A stretch of 64,000 nt of DNA from Candidatus Hadarchaeota archaeon (GTDB lineage: Archaea > CAYQAE01 > CAYVLA01). Each line of letters opens with the position of its first letter. The first letter of the stretch is position 1. The notes beneath the pieces were generated by a model, which was not told the DNA's origin, searched no databases, and saw nothing but the letters and a program-made list of their open reading frames with translations. The translations under genes and the position numbers were made by a program. Where the stretch lies: contig CAZUNO010000011.1 in NCBI GenBank assembly GCA_964621445.1, forward strand, positions 1 to 64,000, in the 5' to 3' direction. Shown one piece after another: positions 47,177 to 58,004 of this stretch.

Positions 47177-49543
47177 GTGGAAAATCATGACGATCGAGAT
47201 TGGGTAGTATCTATCCCGGAGGGTTGCCTACTGGACGGGGGAGTAAGGGTTTGTCTTCGAGATCTAAAGGACAAGGCGCGGGAAATAGGCATTAGCATTG
47301 AAGTCGGTTCAGGGGTGAGGGGGAGAAACATGTTGATAGTGGGCGATACCTCGAGGAACCCGCTCACCGCCGATCTGGTCAGCCGAGGCCTGATAAAAAC
47401 CAGGGAGGTCTCTACCCAGGGATATGAGATCCTGAACACGGCTTTTGAGGGGACTAGAGCGGTCGTGGTACGCGGCGGATCGCTGACCGGTGAGATCTAT
47501 GGACTCTATGATATCATGGATGGGATAAGTATCTCCAATCGAATCGACCACCCTGATTCCAGGAGGGAACCCGACCTAAAAATGAGGTACACACGCATCC
47601 CGGTGAGGTGCAAGAGGGACGTCCAACGGGCTTTCAGATATCGGCTTAACATGGTATTCGGGGAGAACCCGCTGAACCTCCTGCCTTGGGGAAGCGATGA
47701 CCTGCGGGAGAGGAACCGGATGTTGAGAGAGGAAACACGAGACCTGGCCCGCTATGCCCACTCCCTGCACATGAAGTTCCTGGCCATGGGCACAGAGTTC
47801 ACCTACCACCCCGATCTCCTGGACGAGTTCAAGGCCTCCCTGGACCCATCTGATCCCGGGCTCTGGGAGGCCTTTCGGGCCAAGTTCAGGCGCCTGCTGG
47901 AGGCAGTACCGGAGCTGGACGGCGTGTGCACCTTCACCGGGGAGGAGCAGAGATACTGGGATCCATTTCGGACCTTTGACCTCGTGCACGGGGGGGCGGA
48001 GTGCGGCTGGTCCCTGGAGAGGCGGTTCCGTACCTATGTCAAGGCCCTGTGGGATGTCGTGGTCGGGGAGTTCGATAAGCTCTTGGTGGTTCGCACCTGG
48101 AATACCAATTCATATGAGCAGCATTCCCAGCCCGAGGTCTATGCTGGGATTTTCAATGAGGACGTTCCCAGGAGGAACCTGTACCTGGTTCCCAGCTTCA
48201 CCCAAAACGATAGATGGTGGTTCCAGGCCTATAACCCTACCTTCAACCTGACTTCACACTCTATGATGACCGTATTCGAGACCATGGATTACCATGATGG
48301 GGGTCAGTTCTTTCCCACCTTTCCGGGATTCTACTTCCAGGCCGGGCTGGAGCATATCATGGGCGGGGGTGAAGGAAACCTCGAGGGCGCCAGTCTGGAC
48401 CTACCCCGGGAGGAGGGCTGGGATACCCGGAACCTGACCGCCTACACGGTCACCCGGCTCATGTGGGATCACACGGAAGAGCCGAGTAGGATAGCCGAGG
48501 ACTTCTGCGCGGTCAAATTTGGCAAGGAGGTCGCTCAGGAACTGGCGGAGATCCTCCTCCTCTCCCCGGTGGCCTACAAGTACGGACTTTACATAGAGCC
48601 GGTGACCAGGGGCAGTTTCAGCAGCCTGACCCATATTCGCACAGGCGGGTTCATAGTGGACGGTTATCCGAAAATCGATAACGGCAGGGCCCACCTGGAG
48701 TTTCTTAGGGGCATATACCTCCGGTGCAAACCCTGGATGGCGGAAAACATGATGTACCTGGACCACGGGCTGGACACCGCGAAGATGATGGAGGCCAAAT
48801 TTGATGAAATCGAAAGCCGGGTGGAGAATGGGGAGGAGGTTGAAAGGTCCTTGAGATACATGCGGCTTCTTATCGAGGTGAACAATCTCTATGTAAGGAC
48901 ATTCACTAGCTATTTTGAGTATATGGAGAACCCGACGGAGGAGATCAAAGGGAGCCTGGCGAAACTGCATGAAGGGCTCCGCGCCAATCTCCGGTGCTTC
49001 ATGAACTGCCCGTGCTTTGAATTCAGGACCCACGGGGTTGACCGGCTCCTAGCCAGTGTGGAGGATGCACTCATGGACCGAGATGCGGCCCGGAGAAAGC
49101 TCGCGCGGTCACCGACCACCGCAGAGATCGAGGAGAGGGTCCTGGAACAGCAAAAATGCCACCGTGAGATAATCCATGATCAGGGCGACGGTCTAGTCGA
49201 TCTAGTAAAAGTCATGTATTGGGAGGGAAGGGTGGACGGCAGGGATATACTATCCATACAGGAGGATAACCTGAGCGTCGAACACCTGCGATGGGATCAT
49301 ATCTCACATGAGAGCAGCGAGTTTTTCTCCCCACTCCCCAAGAGAGAGGGATCAGTGATAATTGAGGACATCGAATCCCAATATATGCACCCCTTCGTGA
49401 TCCAGCAACCCACTCGTGATAACGATTTCACCGCCAGGATCTACCTGAATGACGTTCCGGGGGGTGCACACTGGTGCAGGTTCAATCTTTACTTCATTAG
49501 CAGGAGACCAGAAAAACTGGGACTCGATTTTTGGGAGGAATGA
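47177..49543 (+). CDS. Hypothetical protein, glycoside-hydrolase-like architecture
   Basis: N-terminus QGYEI...VVRGGSLTGEIYGLYDI resembles the GH20/GH67 N-domain; a TIM-barrel-like region follows. Confidence 0.65.
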   Translation: MENHDDRDWVVSIPEGCLLDGGVRVCLRDLKDKAREIGISIEVGSGVRGRNMLIVGDTSRNPLTADLVSRGLIKTREVSTQGYEILNTAFEGTRAVVVRGGSLTGEIYGLYDIMDGISISNRIDHPDSRREPDLKMRYTRIPVRCKRDVQRAFRYRLNMVFGENPLNLLPWGSDDLRERNRMLREETRDLARYAHSLHMKFLAMGTEFTYHPDLLDEFKASLDPSDPGLWEAFRAKFRRLLEAVPELDGVCTFTGEEQRYWDPFRTFDLVHGGAECGWSLERRFRTYVKALWDVVVGEFDKLLVVRTWNTNSYEQHSQPEVYAGIFNEDVPRRNLYLVPSFTQNDRWWFQAYNPTFNLTSHSMMTVFETMDYHDGGQFFPTFPGFYFQAGLEHIMGGGEGNLEGASLDLPREEGWDTRNLTAYTVTRLMWDHTEEPSRIAEDFCAVKFGKEVAQELAEILLLSPVAYKYGLYIEPVTRGSFSSLTHIRTGGFIVDGYPKIDNGRAHLEFLRGIYLRCKPWMAENMMYLDHGLDTAKMMEAKFDEIESRVENGEEVERSLRYMRLLIEVNNLYVRTFTSYFEYMENPTEEIKGSLAKLHEGLRANLRCFMNCPCFEFRTHGVDRLLASVEDALMDRDAARRKLARSPTTAEIEERVLEQQKCHREIIHDQGDGLVDLVKVMYWEGRVDGRDILSIQEDNLSVEHLRWDHISHESSEFFSPLPKREGSVIIEDIESQYMHPFVIQQPTRDNDFTARIYLNDVPGGAHWCRFNLYFISRRPEKLGLDFWEE

Positions 49544-49601
49544 ATTCAGGGCTGTTACCGATGGGCAAACTATTAATTCCAGGTTTATCATAATAGATTC
49601 G

Positions 49602-50825
49602 TTGAATTCAAGGCGAGTTTTGCTTTTCATCATGGTTATATCGGTCATGACGATCGATGCCTCAACCCCACGTACGGACCCCGAAACCAATGTGATTCGG
49701 CTACTCCACATTGGAAAGGCATGGTACAAGCCAGGAAGCCCGGGACCGACATTTCTTAGGGATCCCAGAATCGACTGGAATCCGGTCCCGGCCCATGCAT
49801 GGTCCCTGGGGGATAGGGCCTTCCGCATGTTGAGATTGTACCTGCCAAGATCAAAGAGCAGGTTTTTCGAGGAGTTCGATGTGGTGGCCATAGGAGGAAT
49901 GGAGGCCCTCCATTTGAGGCTGGATTTTCAGGGCTGGCTCAAGGATGGAATGGAACAGGAGGGGATGGGCTTCGTGATGTCGGACGATTCGTCATCCTTT
50001 GGCACAAGCGGAAGCCACACGTCCTGGTACCTGGTTCCCCTGGGTGAATTGCTTCCGGTGGACGACAAACCGGTCGGAGGGTCCCCATATGGAGATGAGG
50101 AGGCCTTCCACGTGGTCCCGGTCATACCAGGCCATGAGTTTACCCGCCAAATACCCTGGCAGGAGGTATGGTTCGAGGCTAATAACCGGCCTTGGCCCAA
50201 GCCGGGGTCAACGACGGTTACCAGGATGTCAGAAGAACACGTCATCAACAGGAATAAGCCCCAGATGGTCCATTGGGATTTGGGAACTGCTAAAGGCAGG
50301 TCCGTGGCCTGGATACATGCATGGAACTATAGCCCCGATTTTTGGAGATGGAGATTTGCCCATGACGTGATAGCTCATGTAATCTACTTTACCGCTCAGG
50401 TCCCCATACCGGAAGACCTGCTTCTAATTCACACCATCAGGGAGAAAATCGGCGATTTCCACTTCGCTAGAATGTACGCACTATCCACCATAGAGTTTGC
50501 GGACAAGTTTCGAGCAAACACCATTTCAGTGGAGATAATGCTCAAGGAAGCAATGGATGGAAAGCAGGAGGCAGACCGTCTCTTTCTTCAACAGAACTAC
50601 GAGGAATCGGCAGATATGTTGGATGACCTCCTTGTCGATATTGACGAGATCATAAAGGAAGCAATTCGAGCCAAGGATAAGGCATTGGCATGGTTATTTG
50701 CGATAGAGTGGCTAACGGTGTCATCCACGAGCCTGCTCGTGGGGGCAATAATCTGGACGTTGATGGTAAAGAGGAGATTGTACAAGGCTGTTGGCGAAAC
50801 CAGGTTGAGAACCCGCGATTCCTAG
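49602..50825 (+). CDS. Hypothetical secreted, C-terminally anchored protein (class I GATase-like fold possible)
   Basis: Signal-like N-terminus from TTG 49602, FDVVAIGG..GMGFVM segment, C-terminal TM followed by KRR. Confidence 0.7.
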   Translation: MNSRRVLLFIMVISVMTIDASTPRTDPETNVIRLLHIGKAWYKPGSPGPTFLRDPRIDWNPVPAHAWSLGDRAFRMLRLYLPRSKSRFFEEFDVVAIGGMEALHLRLDFQGWLKDGMEQEGMGFVMSDDSSSFGTSGSHTSWYLVPLGELLPVDDKPVGGSPYGDEEAFHVVPVIPGHEFTRQIPWQEVWFEANNRPWPKPGSTTVTRMSEEHVINRNKPQMVHWDLGTAKGRSVAWIHAWNYSPDFWRWRFAHDVIAHVIYFTAQVPIPEDLLLIHTIREKIGDFHFARMYALSTIEFADKFRANTISVEIMLKEAMDGKQEADRLFLQQNYEESADMLDDLLVDIDEIIKEAIRAKDKALAWLFAIEWLTVSSTSLLVGAIIWTLMVKRRLYKAVGETRLRTRDS

Positions 50826-50874
50826 GCCTTAATTCTTCCCCCATGGAACCCGTCATCCTTTACCGGTCATTGTG

Positions 50875-51663
50875 CTACCTGTAACAAGTGATTCCGGCAT
50901 CCATATCGGACGGTGTCTCGTCATTGGCAGTTATCTGGAATCCATCCCCGGATGCCCGGTATACCCGGGGCTGGAATGCCTCGGCGCTGGAGGCCACGCT
51001 CCTCTTAATGGGAAGCAGGTACTTGGCCTTCCTCTCCCCAGATGAGACCCCCCACAGAAGCGAGGCATCGGCGAGGTGAATCATCCTGGCCTTATAGGTT
51101 TCCGGATGGGAGTACCAGTCGGCCATGCCTATCACCGTGCCCTTCCTGGATTTCAAGCCGGACAGGAGGTGGGCGAACAGGGAGATGTGTTCCCGTTCCC
51201 CCATATCCATGGCTATATCTGTGAGGTTGAACTCCAGACCCAGGAAGTCATGGGGGTTGGACTCCCGCCATAGCTCGTGTATTACCTCCCTCAATGAGCC
51301 CGGTCCGCTGGTTGCGCTGGTGTCCACGACATACCTGAGGTCATGGTTCTTGTTTCTGTCTGGAGTGCCGAATAGCTGGAGATTTGCCGAATGACAATCC
51401 AGGAAGTGGAGCCGTTTGCCCAGTTCGGTCATCATTTCCCAGGACCCGATTTCGAGATCCCCCACCCTTTCCAGGAATTCGTCGATGGTCCAGCAGGTGG
51501 AAAGGACCACCAGGTCCCTTGCGGTCCCCTCCATCAGGAGCCAGGTGGAGACCAGTCGTAGGGGGTCCAGATGGGTCTCGGGCATTACCCAGAATAACGT
51601 ATAGCCGGGCGAGGGGATGGGAAACCATCCCTGGAATAAACCTGAAGATGAGTGAGCATTCAT
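50875..51663 (-). CDS. Hypothetical protein, possible degenerate KaiC/RecA-like fold
   Basis: LHFLDCHS and RMIHLADASLLW resemble KaiC-like C-terminal motifs; no Walker A. Confidence 0.5.
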   Translation of the reverse strand: MNAHSSSGLFQGWFPIPSPGYTLFWVMPETHLDPLRLVSTWLLMEGTARDLVVLSTCWTIDEFLERVGDLEIGSWEMMTELGKRLHFLDCHSANLQLFGTPDRNKNHDLRYVVDTSATSGPGSLREVIHELWRESNPHDFLGLEFNLTDIAMDMGEREHISLFAHLLSGLKSRKGTVIGMADWYSHPETYKARMIHLADASLLWGVSSGERKAKYLLPIKRSVASSAEAFQPRVYRASGDGFQITANDETPSDMDAGITCYR

Positions 51664-51749
51664 CCGTATTTCCAGAGGCGAAATGATCCATTATGGTGTT
51701 CCAGGGCCGAGGCGTGCCTATTCAAAAAAGGATTTTGGCCAGCCCGGGG

Positions 51750-53006
51750 CTAGGTTCCGGTCTCCCAGCTCTGGATATACTCCCTCTGCTCATCGGTCAT
51801 CTCGTCGATCTCGATTTCCATGGTGGCCAGCTTCCTCCGGGCCACCTCCTCGTCGATCTCCGGCGGAACCGACAGTACCTTCTCGCGATCCAGTTCCTGA
51901 CTGTTCTCCTTGAGCCAGCGAGCGGTGAGTGCGTGAACGGCGAAGCTCATGTCCATAACCTCGCTGGGATGCCCGTAGGCCAGGGCCAGGTTTACCAGCC
52001 GGCCCTCGGCCAACAGCAACAGTCTACTCCCATCGGATAGGGTCCTCTCCTCCACCATGTCCTGGATCTCCCGGCTGCTCTCGGTAAGGGAGTCCAGGTC
52101 CTCCAGGGATATCTCGACGTTGAAGTGACCAGCGTTGCACATGATGGCACCGTCCTTCATCCGGGCCATGTGCTCCTTCCTTATAACGTCCCTGTTCCCG
52201 GTGGCGGTGATGAAGACGTCCCCCAAAGGGGCGGCCTGGCTCAGGGATGCCACCTGGAAACCCTCCATAGTGGCATTCAAGGCCCGGTGGGGATCGACCT
52301 CGGTCACTATGACCTGTGCTCCCAGTCCCCTGGCCCTCATGGCGATACCCCGGCCGCAGTGCCCGAATCCGCACACCACTACCGTCTTCCCGGCCATCAG
52401 TATCTTGGTCCCGTTGAGGATCCCGTGAATCGCGGACTGACCGGTCCCGAAAACGTTGTCCATCTCCCACTTCACCTTGGCATCATTAACCGCCACCACG
52501 GGGAACTTCAAAACACCGTCCTTCTCCATGGCCCGGAACCTGATGACCCCGGTGGTCGTCTCCTCCTGGCCCCCCAGCACCTCCTCGATCCATTCCGGGT
52601 CCTCTTTGTGGATGTGGGATATGAGGTCCGCTCCATCATCCATGATTATATGGGGCCTTATTGAGGAGACCTGTTCGATGCACCAGTAGTAGTCCTCGGT
52701 GCCGAGTCCCCGCCAGCCATAGACCTTTATCCCCCTGCTGGCCAGTGATGCGGCCACATCGTCCTGGGTGCTCAGTGGGTTGGAGGGACATAGGGCCACA
52801 TCGGCTCCTCCCTCCCTGAGGGCCAGGACGAGGCTCGCGGTTTCCTTTGTTATGTGGAGGCAGGCCCCGATCCTCAGGTCCTCCAGCGGCTTCCGGGATC
52901 CGAAATCCGATGATATCTGATTCAGGACGGGCATGTTGGCCTGCGCCCATTCCACCGAGAGATCTCCCTCATCCGAGAGGTCCATGTCCTTTACCTTGTA
53001 ATCCAT
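51750..53006 (-). CDS. ahcY: Adenosylhomocysteinase
   Basis: CLHITKET, SNPLSTQD, DDGAD, EETTTG, GHFNVEI, EGRLVNL and GHPSEVMDMSF motifs. Confidence 0.97.
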   Translation of the reverse strand: MDYKVKDMDLSDEGDLSVEWAQANMPVLNQISSDFGSRKPLEDLRIGACLHITKETASLVLALREGGADVALCPSNPLSTQDDVAASLASRGIKVYGWRGLGTEDYYWCIEQVSSIRPHIIMDDGADLISHIHKEDPEWIEEVLGGQEETTTGVIRFRAMEKDGVLKFPVVAVNDAKVKWEMDNVFGTGQSAIHGILNGTKILMAGKTVVVCGFGHCGRGIAMRARGLGAQVIVTEVDPHRALNATMEGFQVASLSQAAPLGDVFITATGNRDVIRKEHMARMKDGAIMCNAGHFNVEISLEDLDSLTESSREIQDMVEERTLSDGSRLLLLAEGRLVNLALAYGHPSEVMDMSFAVHALTARWLKENSQELDREKVLSVPPEIDEEVARRKLATMEIEIDEMTDEQREYIQSWETGT

Positions 53007-53150
53007 ATTCTCACTGTCCGTCCTAGGGAATTCACCCTCATTAATTTGCCCGCCACCCGGAGAGGAATTGTTGGAGCTAACTAACAGGTCAGCGATCAAA
53101 ACTCATTTTTATGTGCCGTTGCCTAGTGGTAACGATCAAAAGGTGATTTA

Positions 53151-54104
53151 TTGAATAGCGAGCTTCCCTGGATAGAGAAATACAGACCGAGAAAGCTCGC
53201 GGATGTGGCAGGTCAGGAGGGCAACAAACGCATACTCTCCTCCTTCATAGAGGGCAAGAGGATGTCGCACCTCATCTTCGCGGGGCCAGCCGGGGTGGGC
53301 AAGACTACCTGCGCCCTCATCCTGGCCCGTGAGCTGCTGGGGGACACCTGGAATAGTAATTTTCTGGAACTCAACGCCTCGGACGAGAGGGGGATAGATG
53401 TGGTGAGGACGAAGATCAAATCCTTCTGCCGATCAATGGTCCTTGGCGATGCGCCATTTCGAATAGTCTTTCTGGACGAGGTTGACAACACCACCAGCGA
53501 CAGCCAGCACGCTCTCCGCCGGGAGATGGAGCAGTATACATCCACGAGCAGATTCATACTTTCATGCAACTATGCAAGCAAACTGATCTCTCCCATCCAA
53601 TCCCGCTGCGTTATCCTCCGGTTCACGCCTCTCAAGCGCCAGGAGCTTGTTCAGGCCCTACGCAGGATAGCCGAGCTCCAGGAACTTGACATCGAGGACC
53701 CGGCATACGACGCCATATTCTACGTCTCCCAGGGCGATATGAGGCAGGCCACCAACATACTCCAGGCCGCCCATTCCTTCGGGGGAACCATAACCAACGA
53801 GATGATATACAAGATATCCGGGGAGGCCAACCCCGGGGATATCAGGCGACTGCTGGCCATCAGCCTGCAGGGCGAGTTCGAGACGGCCAGGGAGAAGCTC
53901 AGGGAGATCATCTTCGATCAGGGCCTTTCCGGCCTGGACCTGGTGAGCCAGATGCACAGGGAGGCGTCAAACATGGACCTCAACAGGAATAAGCTCTCCC
54001 GTCTGCTCCGCCTCCTCGCGGACTACGAGTTCAGGCTGGTGGAGGGTAGCAATGACCTGATCCAGAGCGAGAGCCTGGTCGCCGAGATATGTAGCCTGGA
54101 GTGA
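53151..54104 (+). CDS. rfcS: Replication factor C small subunit (no intein)
   Basis: PWIEKYRP, GPAGVGKT, ELNASDERGIDVVR and PIQSRC motifs. Confidence 0.96.
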   Translation: MNSELPWIEKYRPRKLADVAGQEGNKRILSSFIEGKRMSHLIFAGPAGVGKTTCALILARELLGDTWNSNFLELNASDERGIDVVRTKIKSFCRSMVLGDAPFRIVFLDEVDNTTSDSQHALRREMEQYTSTSRFILSCNYASKLISPIQSRCVILRFTPLKRQELVQALRRIAELQELDIEDPAYDAIFYVSQGDMRQATNILQAAHSFGGTITNEMIYKISGEANPGDIRRLLAISLQGEFETAREKLREIIFDQGLSGLDLVSQMHREASNMDLNRNKLSRLLRLLADYEFRLVEGSNDLIQSESLVAEICSLE

Positions 54105-55372
54105 TTCCCGAATTGTGGACTGAGAAACACCGGCCCAGAGAGCTATCGGAAATAAGGGGACAGGACCAGGCGATTAGCAACATCCGTAGCTGGGCCCGGT
54201 CATGGGAAGGGGATAAGCCCAGTTCCAAGGCCGTACTGCTATACGGTCCAGCGGGCACCGGCAAGACCTCGGCGGCACTGGCCTTGTCCCAGGAGATGGA
54301 ATGGGATGTGGTGGAGGTAAACGCCAGCGATAAGAGGTCCAAGTCGTCTCTCGAGGAACTGGCGAAGTCCTGCAGGACCAGGTACAGCATCCTGACCGGG
54401 AGGGGCATAAAGCTCGTAGTGCTGGACGAGATCGATGGCCTTAGCGGGACCCAGGACCGGGGCGGGGTCAAGACCATATCCAAGATGATCCGGGAGACGG
54501 TGAACCCCATAATAATGACCTGCAACGATTACTACTCATCCAAGCTCAGGTATCTACGGCGCAAGGTTAAGGGTATCGAGTTCAAGAAGCCCAGTACCCG
54601 TGATGTGCAGAACGTCCTCCGGGAGATCTGCCGGGATGAGGGAATACCGGTGGACAACCTGGCCCTGAGAACCCTAGCCGAGAGGTGCCAGGGCGATCTG
54701 AGATCGGCGATCAACGATCTCCAGGCGCTCACCGTGGATGGAGAACTATCCCGGGAGGACCTGAGAACCCCCTCTACCAGGAACCAGGAGACCGATATAT
54801 TCCGGGTCCTGGATCTAATCTTCGAGGGGGATCCTGATGCCATAAGTAAGGCACGGGACCTAAATATGAGGCCGAGTCAGCTTCTCAACTGGATTGCCGA
54901 AAACGTCCACAAGAGGTTCAGGGACCCCGGTACCAGAGCCGATGCCTACGAGGTGCTCTCCACGGCTGATATATACCTCTCCTGGGTCTACAGGCGTATG
55001 CACTGGGGTTTCTGGGGGTATGCTACGGAGATAATGACCCGGGGGCTGGGCGCCCTCACGGGCAGAAGGTATTCCTCGTTCAGGAGAAGGTATCGTTACT
55101 CCTACCCCAGCAGCTATCTTCGCTACCGGGTACTGATGAAGAACCTGCGCAGGGCGGGCGACAAGGATTCCAGTGGCAGAGGCGATCTGGGGGACGAACT
55201 TGATGTGGCGAGAATGATAGGTAAGAGGTGCCACATGTCGGCGAGGGCCGTCCACAGGGATTTCCTGCCCTACCTTAGGGTCATCCAGGAAAACGACCCC
55301 CAGATGGCGGGGGGAATACTAAGGTCAGTGGGAATAAGCGAGGAGGAAATGTGTGATCTTCCATATGGATAG
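54101..55372 (+). CDS. rfcL: Replication factor C large subunit
   Basis: WTEKHRP, GPAGTGKT, EVNASDKR, LDEIDG and GDLRSAINDLQ motifs. Confidence 0.94.
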   Translation: MIPELWTEKHRPRELSEIRGQDQAISNIRSWARSWEGDKPSSKAVLLYGPAGTGKTSAALALSQEMEWDVVEVNASDKRSKSSLEELAKSCRTRYSILTGRGIKLVVLDEIDGLSGTQDRGGVKTISKMIRETVNPIIMTCNDYYSSKLRYLRRKVKGIEFKKPSTRDVQNVLREICRDEGIPVDNLALRTLAERCQGDLRSAINDLQALTVDGELSREDLRTPSTRNQETDIFRVLDLIFEGDPDAISKARDLNMRPSQLLNWIAENVHKRFRDPGTRADAYEVLSTADIYLSWVYRRMHWGFWGYATEIMTRGLGALTGRRYSSFRRRYRYSYPSSYLRYRVLMKNLRRAGDKDSSGRGDLGDELDVARMIGKRCHMSARAVHRDFLPYLRVIQENDPQMAGGILRSVGISEEEMCDLPYG

Positions 55373-55374
55373 GT

Positions 55375-56604
55375 GTGAGAATGGTAGTTAAGGAGATAGT
55401 GTTCAAGGGACACGTAATCGACAGCAGAATTTTGCCCGATGTACTGGACCTGATAATGGATCTGGAAGGGGAGTTCGAGTTCCTGGATTTCGAGGTCGGG
55501 AAGAAGAAGACTGACAAGTCATACGTCAGGATGCTCCTCAAGGGAAGGGACAGGGAACACCTGGACGCCATGCTCAGCGAGCTGAGGGAACTGGGAGCGG
55601 AGCTCCCGGAGATGGAGCCGCTGAGCACCGAGGAGGCCCTGGATGACGGCGTCCTGCCCCGGGGATTCTATTCAACAACCAACCACCCAACATTCGTCAA
55701 TATAGAGGGCGAATGGGTTGAGGTGGAGAACGTGGAGATGGATTGCGTTATCCTGATAAAGGGCAAGCAGGCCCGGGCCGTACCCATGGGACAGGTGAAG
55801 AAGGGGGAGTCGGTGGTAATCGGCAACGGGGGTATCAGGGTGGTTCCACCGGAAAGACCCCGGGACGCGACCGGGATATTCGAGTTCATGACCAGCAACG
55901 CCAGCTCCGAGAAACCGGTGGGTACCCTGGTCTCCCGTCTGGCCCGCGAGGTCAACAACCTCAAGGAAAGAGATGGTAGAATCGTGGTGGTGGCCGGGCC
56001 GGCCGTGGTACACACCGGTGCCGGAAGTTCCCTGGCCTGGATGGTGAGGAATGGATACGTGAGCTGCCTTCTCTCGGGCAACGCCCTGGCAGTGCACGAT
56101 GTGGAGAGCTCCCTGTACGGTACATCGCTGGGTACACGCATCGCATCGGCGGACCGACACGAGGGAGGTCACAGGCACCACCTGATGGCCATAAACGAAG
56201 TCCGGAGGGCGGGTGGCCTGGAAGGAGCCGTGGAAAACGGGGTATTGGAGGGGGGGATAATGTACGAGTGCGTTAGGAACCGGGTTCCCTTCGTACTGGC
56301 AGGATCGATAAGGGACGATGGACCGCTACCCGAGGTGATAACCGACGTCATGGAAGCTCAGCAGCAGATGCGGGAGATGCTTAAGGGAGCGGACATGGTA
56401 ATGATATTCTCAACCATGCTGCACGCCATCGCGGTAGGCAACCTGTTGCCCTCCTCGGTGAGGACGGTTTGCGTGGATATCAACACCTCGGCGGTGACCA
56501 AGCTGCTCGATCGCGGCTCGGCCCAGGTTCTGGGAATCGTTTCCGATGTCGGTGTATTTCTGCCCCTCCTGGAGAGGGAGCTAAGCGCATTGGTGGATAA
56601 ATGA
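55375..56604 (+). CDS. TIGR00300 / LOR-SDH bifunctional-domain family protein (ornithine cyclodeaminase-like)
   Basis: GHVIDS, FYSTTNHPT, EMDC, GNALAVHD, GSIRDDGPLP and TKLLDRGS motifs. Confidence 0.9.
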   Translation: MRMVVKEIVFKGHVIDSRILPDVLDLIMDLEGEFEFLDFEVGKKKTDKSYVRMLLKGRDREHLDAMLSELRELGAELPEMEPLSTEEALDDGVLPRGFYSTTNHPTFVNIEGEWVEVENVEMDCVILIKGKQARAVPMGQVKKGESVVIGNGGIRVVPPERPRDATGIFEFMTSNASSEKPVGTLVSRLAREVNNLKERDGRIVVVAGPAVVHTGAGSSLAWMVRNGYVSCLLSGNALAVHDVESSLYGTSLGTRIASADRHEGGHRHHLMAINEVRRAGGLEGAVENGVLEGGIMYECVRNRVPFVLAGSIRDDGPLPEVITDVMEAQQQMREMLKGADMVMIFSTMLHAIAVGNLLPSSVRTVCVDINTSAVTKLLDRGSAQVLGIVSDVGVFLPLLERELSALVDK

Positions 56605-58004
56605 GGCTGGTGATGAAGTTCGGCGGGGCCCTTCTGGCCTCGGCGTCGGGCATAATGAGATGTGCTAACCTGGTCAAGAGCGAGGTGGAGAGAGGAAATC
56701 AGGTCGTGGTGGTGGTGTCAGCGGTCCGGGGGGTGACCGACCGGTTGCTAACCGGCGCCCGAGAGATAATCGAGCTCGAGCGGGATGAAGCGGAGGGCTG
56801 GATAGAGGATTTCTGCACTAAAATTGGCGATACCCACCTGTCACTGCTATGTGAAATGGTCCCCGACCAGGGACCGCTCCCCCATATCGATGAGATAGCC
56901 GATTTCCTGAAGGAAGCATTGGCTGCTTACCATGATGACCGCTCCGAGCATTCGCTGGATGCCATAGCCTCCATCGGCGAGAGGTTTTCGGCCCCCCTGT
57001 TTTCCCTGGCCCTTTCCCAGGTTGGAATAGAGTCCCGATCGATGCTGGGGGGTGAGGCGGGAATAATCACAGACTCGAACTACAGGAACGCGGTTCCCGA
57101 TATGGACATGTGCCGGGTTGAGGTGAGGGGTAAGGTCGGGCTTCTCCTAGATCGTGGAATCACCCCGGTGATAACCGGTTTCGTGGCCCGGGACCAGGGG
57201 GGCAGGATAACCACCCTGGGCAGAGGGGGCTCGGACTACACCGCGTCCATACTGGGGGCCTGCCTGGATTCCGACGAGATATGGATATGGAAGGACGTCG
57301 GGGGCATAATGACCGCCAACCCCGATCTCATACCCGAGGCCAGGACCGTACCCAGGCTCTCCTACACCGAGGCGGCCGAGCTTGCACATTTCGGGGCCGA
57401 GGTGCTTCATCCCAAGACCATGGCCCCGGCCATGGAGGGTGGCATACCCATACGGGTAAAGGACTCCGGCAGTCCCGAGTCCGGGGGAACCCTCATCAGC
57501 GAGAAAACCATGAGCGTTTCCACGGCCGTGAAGGCGGTGACCAGCATAGACCGGGTTGGGTTGGTATCGGTGTCGGGCACCGAGATGGCGGGGGTTCCCG
57601 GGGTGGCGGCCAGCGTGTTCGACAGGCTTGCCGATGCTGGCATAAACGTGATGATGATATCACAGAGTTCATCCGAGATCAACATAACCCTGGTGGTCCC
57701 CGGCGGAGAGGTCTCCCTGTGTCGGAGGACCATGGCCAGGGATTTCGAGGAGCACGATCTGGTGGAGGACATAGAGTTCGACGAGGATATCTCCATAATC
57801 TCCGTGGTGGGGGCCGGAATGAGGGGCACGCCGGGGGTGGCGGCAAAGGTATTCCAGTCCGTGGCCGACGCTGGGATTAACGTGATAATGATAGCTCAGG
57901 GTTCCTCCGAGGTCAATATATCCTTCGTGGTATCCCGCGAGGATTCACCGAGGGCCGTGGAAGCCATCCACCGCAGTTTCAAGCTCGGTCAGCCGTTTCA
58001 GTAG
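56601..58004 (+). CDS. lysC: Aspartate kinase
   Basis: [20 protein letters not shown] and [10 protein letters not shown] motifs; two ACT domains. Confidence 0.95.
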   Translation: MRLVMKFGGALLASASGIMRCANLVKSEVERGNQVVVVVSAVRGVTDRLLTGAREIIELERDEAEGWIEDFCTKIGDTHLSLLCEMVPDQGPLPHIDEIADFLKEALAAYHDDRSEHSLDAIASIGERFSAPLFSLALSQVGIESRSMLGGEAGIITDSNYRNAVPDMDMCRVEVRGKVGLLLDRGITPVITGFVARDQGGRITTLGRGGSDYTASILGACLDSDEIWIWKDVGGIMTANPDLIPEARTVPRLSYTEAAELAHFGAEVLHPKTMAPAMEGGIPIRVKDSGSPESGGTLISEKTMSVSTAVKAVTSIDRVGLVSVSGTEMAGVPGVAASVFDRLADAGINVMMISQSSSEINITLVVPGGEVSLCRRTMARDFEEHDLVEDIEFDEDISIISVVGAGMRGTPGVAAKVFQSVADAGINVIMIAQGSSEVNISFVVSREDSPRAVEAIHRSFKLGQPFQ